Part shown: piece after piece, positions 8,455 to 15,612 of the stretch
How the letters are laid out: each line of letters opens with the position of its first letter
Numbering within the stretch: position 1 is the first letter of the stretch
Virus record (IMG/VR): IMGVR_UViG_2974644955_000001
Span: 10,705 to 74,704 of that record
Source of the DNA: a virus
Lineage: Duplodnaviria > Caudoviricetes
DNA length: 64,000 nucleotides
Strand: one strand, 5' to 3'
The notes under the pieces: model-generated
The model's input: only the letters and a program-made list of their open reading frames with translations
What the model was told of the DNA's origin: nothing
The model's database searches: none
Program-made: the position numbers and the translations under genes

Positions 8455-11091
8455 ATGCAAGTAATGGACACACGGGAATTCGAACAGGATCATGTCCTGG
8501 TCGGACAGAAAGGTGAAGTTGGTAAGGCTACCGTAACCAATGATCCGATTCTCATGTCAATGCTTTCCACGGGACTGTACGCAAACCCGTTGAAATCCAT
8601 GGTGCAAGAAGTCACCTTCAATGCCTGGGACGCTCACCGCATGGGCAAGTGCCTGGACAAACCCATTGATATCTACTTCAACGATACAACGGGACTCATC
8701 ATCCGTGACTACGGTCCTGGGATTCCTCCCGGAAAGACTTTCACTGATGTCTATTTCACCTATGGTGGATCGACGAAACGTGACGATGATGACGCCACTG
8801 GTGGCTTTGGTTTGGGATCCAAATCTCCCTTCGCCTATACGGACACGTTCAATGTGACCAGTCACCATGATGGTGCCAAATATATGTACATCATGCACCG
8901 TGTTCACGAAGAGAATGATGGTGGCCCTGGCCATACTCCCATCATCCAAGGTGCTCCAACCCCAGAAAAAGGTCTGATGGTTTCTGTTCCTTTCAAGAAC
9001 AGCCGTGACAAGATCCGGGCATATCAGTACCTTAAAGACATCCTCTATATGTCTGGAATCAAAGCAACAATTCACTTTGATGGTGATGATGACGACGAAA
9101 ACATTCCCCCAGTGGAACTCGTCACATCTGCTTCGCTGAAACCAACGGAATTCATCACTGATGAAGACAATTGTCATGGCACACTCTATGCCGTGTACGG
9201 TGGTGTCAGCTATGAGATCCCTCATCGTGATGAGTATGCCAGCGATTACGACTTTCTTCGGAAGATCGCCAATCAGTTGGGGAATATCTATGTTGGTTTC
9301 GCACCAAACACCCTGACGCCTCTCCCGACTCGTGAAGGTCTGAACATGAGTGAACGCTCCCTGGAGTCGATCACCTCTGCTCTGGAGACAATCCAAGAGC
9401 ACTTCATGAACCTGATCATTCCAGCGACCAAAACTATCATGCTGGAGACCCTGAAGGAAACCAAAGAACTTGGGATCCAGCCTCACTTCGTCCGTCGTAA
9501 GTGGGCAGGTGTTGGTCTTGATCGGAATCTCTCCGATATGGTCGATGGTCAGGCTCCAATTGACGCAGCGATTGAGCGTCGTTCGGACAGTCAGAATGAA
9601 GCAAGCTGGAACAGCATCATGCGTCTGGCTTTCAAGAACACCCGGATGATCACAACTCTCATGAGTCGTAACAAACGGGACACACTGGTGTCTCTGGTTT
9701 GGGCAAAGGTCTATCCTGAGTTCCTTCACTGGCGTCGTTCCTTTGGACCCGTCAATAAGAACGCTCCAGAGGAACTCCTGGTCGCCACACGAGACGTACA
9801 CCGTCAGTGGGGTGAAGACTTCATGAAGCTCTGGAACGATCTCTGTGATGTCTCTGAGCAGGAACTGGAACCAAGAGCAAACAGAGGTCATTACAATTCC
9901 AAGTGGGAACCTCTGACCAATATCCGTGCTGCTGGTGGTTACAATCACATCACACACAGCCGGAAGCTCAACATCATCAAGCGTCTGGACAAAGAGAACA
10001 AGCTGAAGGTTCCTACCAAACCATCACTTGATACCTTCTGGTTCAAACAGAATGGTGGTCGTTTTGACGGTCCAATGTTGCAGAAAACTGTTGTTGTCGC
10101 CAAGACTCTGACAGCCCTGAACAAGACCGATTTCCGGATGCTGATTCAGGATGCAATGGTCCCTGGCCATTCTCGTGAAGCCTTCAACTCCTATCATTCC
10201 CTGAACTGGGAATCGTGGGTTGGACAAGGTTCCACGTATCCTGTGGCTGCCTTCGTCATTCACAAGAAAAAGGGTCAGTATGACGCTGCTGTGGAATGGC
10301 TTCAGGACAATGGCTACAATGTCATCGAAGCAGATGAACCAGAGGAAAGAGCAAAGCCTGCTCCAAAGGTTCAGCAAGATGGTGCAACGGTTGTCGTTGA
10401 AGAGAAACCAAAACCAAAGGGTTATCCCAAGGTTGCGATGCACGAGTACCAGACCTGGGCCAGTGAAAATGAGTTCGTACAAAAACCCTCAACGTATCTG
10501 TATGTCACCCAAACTCAGATCGCTTCCTATGGAGACTATCCCAACAAAGATCTGGTTCGAATGATCCAGGGATATGCTCCAAACATGGTCTTGGTTGGCA
10601 ACAAACGTCAAGCTACCAAGCTCGACAAGGCAGGTGCATTGTCACTGTGGGAACGTCTGGACAAGATCGTAGAAGACATCTTGGCTGACAAAGAGCGTCT
10701 GAAACTGATGTATTTTCATCACTATCTCCACAACTATTCGGAATTCCCGGATGAACTGTTGGAGTTGCCTCAGATGCACAAGCTGATGGGTGTCCCCTAC
10801 ATCCGAACCAAAGATACCAAGAAGTTCTTCCGGGATCTGAAGTTCATTCAGTTTGTAGGCAAAAATGATCGTTATCGTGACGGTCGTGATGTCCCACAAG
10901 ATCTTCGTAAGAAATGTCAGGACGCTTTGGAAGCTGCTAAACAGGAGGACTCTCTTGTTTTGGCTCGCAAGATGAACAAAGCATCTCGTATGTTCGACAA
11001 AACTGCCATGGGTCGTATTCTTTCGGATATGAAACGTGGTGAGAAAAAAGTCTTCATCGAGAAACTGGCTCGATTCTTGCGGACTGTTTGA
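8455..11091 (+). CDS. rIIA: rIIA-like protein
   Basis: N-terminal GHKL/HSP90-like ATPase (QEVTFNAWDA, IRDYGPGI, YGGSTK, GGFGLGSKSPFAYTDTF); adjacent to rIIB as in N4. Confidence 0.9.
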   Translation: MQVMDTREFEQDHVLVGQKGEVGKATVTNDPILMSMLSTGLYANPLKSMVQEVTFNAWDAHRMGKCLDKPIDIYFNDTTGLIIRDYGPGIPPGKTFTDVYFTYGGSTKRDDDDATGGFGLGSKSPFAYTDTFNVTSHHDGAKYMYIMHRVHEENDGGPGHTPIIQGAPTPEKGLMVSVPFKNSRDKIRAYQYLKDILYMSGIKATIHFDGDDDDENIPPVELVTSASLKPTEFITDEDNCHGTLYAVYGGVSYEIPHRDEYASDYDFLRKIANQLGNIYVGFAPNTLTPLPTREGLNMSERSLESITSALETIQEHFMNLIIPATKTIMLETLKETKELGIQPHFVRRKWAGVGLDRNLSDMVDGQAPIDAAIERRSDSQNEASWNSIMRLAFKNTRMITTLMSRNKRDTLVSLVWAKVYPEFLHWRRSFGPVNKNAPEELLVATRDVHRQWGEDFMKLWNDLCDVSEQELEPRANRGHYNSKWEPLTNIRAAGGYNHITHSRKLNIIKRLDKENKLKVPTKPSLDTFWFKQNGGRFDGPMLQKTVVVAKTLTALNKTDFRMLIQDAMVPGHSREAFNSYHSLNWESWVGQGSTYPVAAFVIHKKKGQYDAAVEWLQDNGYNVIEADEPEERAKPAPKVQQDGATVVVEEKPKPKGYPKVAMHEYQTWASENEFVQKPSTYLYVTQTQIASYGDYPNKDLVRMIQGYAPNMVLVGNKRQATKLDKAGALSLWERLDKIVEDILADKERLKLMYFHHYLHNYSEFPDELLELPQMHKLMGVPYIRTKDTKKFFRDLKFIQFVGKNDRYRDGRDVPQDLRKKCQDALEAAKQEDSLVLARKMNKASRMFDKTAMGRILSDMKRGEKKVFIEKLARFLRTV

Positions 11092-11111
11092 TCAAGCGAA
11101 AGGAAAGAAGC

Positions 11112-12557
11112 ATGTCTTCAAACACGAAGAATATCGTGTCAATGTTGACTTCTGCTAACAAGACCACCCTCTACACAGAAACGGGTGAAGTCTTGGAGTT
11201 GAAGAACGACGGACCACACGATTTAACAAGACTCAGCAGGAAACTACTGGGTTCTCTGAAAGGCACGAACTCCGTGCCTATCGACCTGAATGATTACCTC
11301 ATGCTCAAATCTGCGATTGTCCCAGAGGGATACAAGCAGGAAGGTATTGTGGTGACTCAGATGGTCAATGGACAGGAGATCCAAGGAATCTTCTATCCCT
11401 CGAAAGTACAGGTTGCTGTGCAACATGAGGGACGTGAAGTGGTCATCCCAGATGTGGAGAAGCTGCAAAAGCACGCAATTCGTGCCAATGCTGACAATTC
11501 ACCAGCAGTACGCAACTTCTTGCGTCGGATGGCAACCGTGGTCGAATCTCGACTTCACTCTGCTGAAGATCTGATGAACTTCATCGAACGGTCTGAGCTT
11601 CCGCTCACCAACGATGGTCTGATCATTGGATACAAGAAGGTGAAACAGGGAAAAGAACCCGGTACGTTCGTTGATTGCCACACAGGCAACATCGTTCAAT
11701 CTGTTGGCTCACGAGTCTGGATGACCGTAGAAGACGTTGACCCGTCTCGCTACCGTTCATGCTCTAACGGCCTTCATGTGGCCAACCTGGGCTATCTCAA
11801 TGGCTTTGGTGGAACTCACACGCTGATCGTCCTCGTGGACCCTGCAAACTTCATTGCCGTGCCTGTAGGGGAGAACGACAAATGTCGTGTCTGCTCCTAT
11901 GACATCATCGGTGTGATGACTGCACGGGGTCATGAAATGGTCAGCAGCGGCAGCTTTGTCAAACGGGATCAGACGTTCAAATCTCTGATTCAAGATGCAG
12001 TTGCTGGACGGCATATTCAGCCTACTGAGGCTGTAGAGGTCAAGAATCAGCGGGTAGCCTCACGGGTGCCAATCGAAGCTGGTTCAGCAATCTCTGTAAC
12101 TGCTCTGCCGTTGGAGGAAGTCAATGCTGAAACCAAGGAGTCTTCTGGCAAGTCCCTCAATACGGACAAACCATTGCCGAAGAAGCCAAAACAGAAGGAC
12201 ATCTTGAAGATGGCAAAAACCAAGACCGCTAACTCCCGGAACATCTGGGATCAGGCTCCGACTGAAGTGATCGCAGTATTCGAGGATCTCCGTCAGGAGA
12301 AAGGCTCGAAGACAGCAATCGCTGCTCTGCATGGCACATCGACTCGTTCGATTGGTCGTTGGCAGGACAAGTACGACTTCGACGGCTATGTGAAGTTCAA
12401 GGCAGGCAATTTGACTGTCGCTGAACAAGCACGGCTGTACTTCAACCAGGGTGCATTCGATGCTCTGGCAGCCTTCAAGAAGGCGAAGAAGAAGAGCTTC
12501 AACGCACTGGGCTTTACCGCTCGTGAAGAGAAGCAGATCTTGGCTGCAATCAGTTAA
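11112..12557 (+). CDS. rIIB: rIIB-like protein
   Basis: LPLTNDGLIIGYKKV, CSNGLHVANLGYL, DPANFIAVP, KCRVCSY; C-terminal HTH; likely start ATG 11112 after AAGGAAAG. Confidence 0.9.
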   Translation: MSSNTKNIVSMLTSANKTTLYTETGEVLELKNDGPHDLTRLSRKLLGSLKGTNSVPIDLNDYLMLKSAIVPEGYKQEGIVVTQMVNGQEIQGIFYPSKVQVAVQHEGREVVIPDVEKLQKHAIRANADNSPAVRNFLRRMATVVESRLHSAEDLMNFIERSELPLTNDGLIIGYKKVKQGKEPGTFVDCHTGNIVQSVGSRVWMTVEDVDPSRYRSCSNGLHVANLGYLNGFGGTHTLIVLVDPANFIAVPVGENDKCRVCSYDIIGVMTARGHEMVSSGSFVKRDQTFKSLIQDAVAGRHIQPTEAVEVKNQRVASRVPIEAGSAISVTALPLEEVNAETKESSGKSLNTDKPLPKKPKQKDILKMAKTKTANSRNIWDQAPTEVIAVFEDLRQEKGSKTAIAALHGTSTRSIGRWQDKYDFDGYVKFKAGNLTVAEQARLYFNQGAFDALAAFKKAKKKSFNALGFTAREEKQILAAIS

Positions 12558-12570
12558 GTTCTGAAGTTAT

Positions 12571-12637
12571 ATCCCACTACTGCTATTTTTGGCCTTAAAT
12601 CCCGAGTCTGGGAGCCTAAAAAAGCAAGTAGTGGGAT
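12571..12637. other. Long imperfect intergenic inverted repeat (~67 nt hairpin)
   Basis: Perfect 11-bp ATCCCACTACT/AGTAGTGGGAT outer stem plus GCT..TTTT.GGC/GCC.AAAAAAGC and inner TCCC/GGGA. Confidence 0.75.
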
Positions 12638-12689
12638 TTTTACTCCCTGTTCTTGGTTTGTTCTTCATGACGCGAACCGCGCCGGGAAA

Positions 12690-13013
12690 TTGAAATCGAA
12701 GGAGTTTTTCCAAATGTGTCGTCGCTCAGAAATTCATGAAAAAGTGTATGGCAATGTTGTCATAGATGAGATGACTGGCTGTCATATTTGGCAAGGCTCA
12801 GATTCCGGTAACGGAAGGGGTGGGGGCTACCCCAGGATGTGTCTAAGTGGACAGACAGTGGCTGTGCATCGTGTTATGTACACTCACGTCCATGGATACA
12901 TCCCTGGCAAGAAACAGATTGACCACAAATGCAGGAATCGTATGTGTGTCAATCCTGATCATTTAGAAATGGTTACTCACAAAGAGAACCAAAGGAGAAG
13001 AGACAATGCGTAA
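12690..13013 (+). CDS. HNH endonuclease
   Basis: VHRVMY...IDHKCRNRMCVNPDHLE (HNH_3 type); start could be ATG 12714. Confidence 0.9.
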   Translation: MKSKEFFQMCRRSEIHEKVYGNVVIDEMTGCHIWQGSDSGNGRGGGYPRMCLSGQTVAVHRVMYTHVHGYIPGKKQIDHKCRNRMCVNPDHLEMVTHKENQRRRDNA

Positions 13014-13572
13014 ACTGTTAATGATACTTGCACTGCCCTTGGTATTGGCGGCATGTGCTTCACCCCAACCCATCTGTGACCGAGAGGCACAGGAATGGAA
13101 CAAATTTGATACCCAGGAGGATCAATGTGATGGAACAAGCAATTATGGCAACTGGAGTGGTTTTGGTTGGCCTGGTGATTCTCGGCCTGACAATGCAGGT
13201 GATCAATCTGGTCCGGATTCAGACAACCCTTCGACGGGTGGAGACACTGGAGGCCCGGATACTGGCTCGCCTTCTGATGGCGGAAACCCAGGTGGCGACG
13301 GAGACTCTGACGGAGATTCCGGGAATGACTCCGGTGACACTGGAGGATCTGGTTCGAATGACTCAGGAGGAGATGGATCCGGATCTGATAACTCCGGCGA
13401 CGGACGAGGAAATTCTGGAGGTTCTAAAGGGAACAATGGTCACGGAAACGGAGACCAATCATCCCCAGGGAATTCTGGAGGCAACAATAATGCCGAAAAC
13501 TCAGCGAACTCCGGACGAGGAAACTCGGGTAAAGGCAAAGGCGGACACAAAGGTGAAGCCAACAACAACTAA
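13006..13572 (+). CDS. Lipoprotein with Gly/Ser/Asp/Asn-rich disordered tail
   Basis: Lipobox LAAC; short CDREAQEWNKFDTQEDQC domain; low-complexity tail containing NNGHGNGDQSSPGNSG. Confidence 0.85.
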   Translation: MRKLLMILALPLVLAACASPQPICDREAQEWNKFDTQEDQCDGTSNYGNWSGFGWPGDSRPDNAGDQSGPDSDNPSTGGDTGGPDTGSPSDGGNPGGDGDSDGDSGNDSGDTGGSGSNDSGGDGSGSDNSGDGRGNSGGSKGNNGHGNGDQSSPGNSGGNNNAENSANSGRGNSGKGKGGHKGEANNN

Positions 13573-13584
13573 GGTGTATCCGAA

Positions 13585-13974
13585 ATGATCTTTGTCTTTG
13601 GTTCAAACAAAGCAGGCATCCATGGTGCAGGAGCGGCTCTCTATGCCAAGAAGCACCGTGGAGCCAAGCAAGGAATCGGAGAGGGCATAGTTGGAAACAG
13701 CTATGCCCTTCCCACTAAAGGATTCAAGGTCGAGGAAATCCCTCTCCTTGAAATCAAAAACAGCGTCAATCGCTTCATCGAAGTGGCTGAGTATTGGGCT
13801 TTGCGTGGTGCAGAGTTCCAGGTTACACGAGTTGGCTGTGGTCTAGGAGGTAAACTGGATTCGGACATCGCTCCGATGTTCAAGGCTGCCCCTGACAACT
13901 GTCTGTTTGATGAGTATTGGAAGCCCTGGCTCGACACATATGATGTGAAGCGGAGGTACTGGGGTACATTCTGA
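13585..13974 (+). CDS. Macrodomain-like protein (IFVFGSN/A1S_2505-like family)
   Basis: IFVFGSNKAGIHGAGAALYA, SYALPTK and FQVTRVGCGLGG resemble macro-fold ADP-ribose-binding loops. Confidence 0.7.
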   Translation: MIFVFGSNKAGIHGAGAALYAKKHRGAKQGIGEGIVGNSYALPTKGFKVEEIPLLEIKNSVNRFIEVAEYWALRGAEFQVTRVGCGLGGKLDSDIAPMFKAAPDNCLFDEYWKPWLDTYDVKRRYWGTF

Positions 13975-14267
13975 TGGCCAATTTCTCTCGCAAATTTGAG
14001 TCCATCAGCGGCTCGTACAGCGGGGGCTATACATCGAAGTCACTCAGTCCATTACACCCGGACATTGACACCCAAAACAACAGAGGCGTGATCCAGATAC
14101 ACATTGTGTCTGGGTCCGTCACACTCGAAGCTCGCCTTGCTCCTGATGCTCCATGGCTTCCGCTAAAGACATGGACTGTATCTGCAATGGAAGAGGTCGT
14201 ACTCGCCAACCAACTACGAGTTGTGGTAACAGACGAAGCACACTGTTGGCTTGGAGAAGTACGATGA
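13974..14267 (+). CDS. Hypothetical beta-rich protein (97 aa), possibly a virion component
   Basis: Clean ORF coupled at both ends; loose similarity to 58294..58581. Confidence 0.7.
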   Translation: MANFSRKFESISGSYSGGYTSKSLSPLHPDIDTQNNRGVIQIHIVSGSVTLEARLAPDAPWLPLKTWTVSAMEEVVLANQLRVVVTDEAHCWLGEVR

Positions 14268-14407
14268 TCAGTGGCATGTTCAAACCCATGCTGTCTGGAA
14301 TGTTTCCAGGTTCATCCAAGTATGCAGGTGTTGAGTTCACTCCTGAACTTATTAAACTGCTCGTCTTAGGACGGCTCAAACGTGCTTATGAAAGGACAAA
14401 GATATGA
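14264..14407 (+). CDS. Small hypothetical protein (47 aa)
   Basis: ATGA overlap on both sides; MISGMFKPMLSGMFPGSSKY... Confidence 0.6.
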   Translation: MISGMFKPMLSGMFPGSSKYAGVEFTPELIKLLVLGRLKRAYERTKI

Positions 14408-14565
14408 TCTGGAGAATCTTCCTTGATGGTCTTGTTCGCACACGTCTTCTGAACCAAGCCACTCTTCGTGTATTGTTGGACATCCAAACCAACAATCTGA
14501 GTGCAGCAGACAATGCGATCATTGATTCTTATCTCGATGAGACCATGCCACCAGCTACACCTTAA
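14404..14565 (+). CDS. Small hypothetical protein (53 aa; not in the ORF track)
   Basis: ATG 14404 overlaps the upstream TGA, RBS AAAGGA; MIWRIFLDGLVRTRLLNQATLRVLLDIQTNNLSAADNAIIDSYLDETMPPATP. Confidence 0.6.
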   Translation: MIWRIFLDGLVRTRLLNQATLRVLLDIQTNNLSAADNAIIDSYLDETMPPATP

Positions 14566-14614
14566 TAATAAAGTGTCCTCGGTCCTCGGATCGGGGACAC
14601 ACAAGGAGAAAACC

Positions 14615-15196
14615 ATGGAGATTTATTATGCAGGGATCGGCGCACGAGACACTCCCCAAGACGTATGCAGAAAGATGTTTACAGCGGGTAAAGTCCTCTG
14701 GGAAGCAGGAGTTACACTCAGATCCGGAGGAGCCAAAGGTGCCGACACTGCATTCGAATCTGGCGCTCTCTGCGCGGCAAATGGGGAAAAGTCATCTGAT
14801 GCAGTCCATGATCTACGGAAAGATGATGGCACTAACTGGGATCGCATCGAAATCTATTTGCCCTTCAAGAGATTTAACGGCCACCCAAGTTCTCGCTATG
14901 GAACAACAAAGGCTGCACGGCAGATCGCAAGTCATTTCCACCCTAAGTGGGAGATACTCTCATGCACAGGACGCGATTTTATGGGACGTAATGCGTACCA
15001 GATTCTTGGAGCCGGACTCGATCTACCAGTCTCTTTCGTCTTATGTTGGACTCCTGAAGGACGGATCACGGGGGGAACAGGACAAGCTCTCCGACATGCC
15101 AAACACCTTGACATCCCCATCCTCAATTTCGCAGTTGAAGATGACGACACTATCAGTGATTTTATCATCTCCACAGCAGAAAGGATGCGTGCATGA
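14615..15196 (+). CDS. SLOG-superfamily (DprA/Smf/YpsA-like) nucleotide-binding protein
   Basis: YYAGIGARDTP, LRSGGAKGADTAFE, GRNAYQILG, GGTGQALRHA; start ATG 14615 after AAGGAGA. Confidence 0.8.
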   Translation: MEIYYAGIGARDTPQDVCRKMFTAGKVLWEAGVTLRSGGAKGADTAFESGALCAANGEKSSDAVHDLRKDDGTNWDRIEIYLPFKRFNGHPSSRYGTTKAARQIASHFHPKWEILSCTGRDFMGRNAYQILGAGLDLPVSFVLCWTPEGRITGGTGQALRHAKHLDIPILNFAVEDDDTISDFIISTAERMRA

Positions 15197-15540
15197 GAAA
15201 CCCAAAGAAAGGCATACGTTGGCTAGTCTTCAAGCTCTTCGGCCCACCGGAATTGAAGAACTTGGTGACATACATCGACGAGATATCGGACAAAGGATTC
15301 GATATTGCGATATATCCCATGGGAGAATTTCCGTTTGCCATGAAGACCTCAATGGAGGACGACCTGGAACCGATGATCTTCCCGACACCCCAAGAACGAG
15401 CAGCGTTCCAGTATGGCTTGAACTATGGGGTGAATCTTATGGGAGGCACCACACAAGTGCTGACTAAAGATCAGTACGACGAGATTTCTGAGATGGAACA
15501 ATTTGCAACACCTAGTGTAAAAAAGTCTCGGATGAACTAA
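15193..15540 (+). CDS. Hypothetical protein (115 aa)
   Basis: ATGA-coupled ORF in the gene string. Confidence 0.75.
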   Translation: MRNPKKGIRWLVFKLFGPPELKNLVTYIDEISDKGFDIAIYPMGEFPFAMKTSMEDDLEPMIFPTPQERAAFQYGLNYGVNLMGGTTQVLTKDQYDEISEMEQFATPSVKKSRMN

Positions 15541-15612
15541 ATGTGCTTGCTCCAGTAATGAACCACTGGTACATCGAAAGACCCAATTTCACCCAAAACC
15601 AAGAGGTCAACT

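Noticed and set aside
8557-9957. 466-aa minus-strand ORF inside rIIA, and similar long antisense ORFs in vRNAP, gp51-, gp53- and gp54-like genes
   Set aside because: All lie fully opposite well-supported genes and show no protein motifs; explained by codon bias
14628-15467. 279-aa alternative-frame ORF over the SLOG gene
   Set aside because: The overlapped frames have clear motifs and RBSs; this frame has neither
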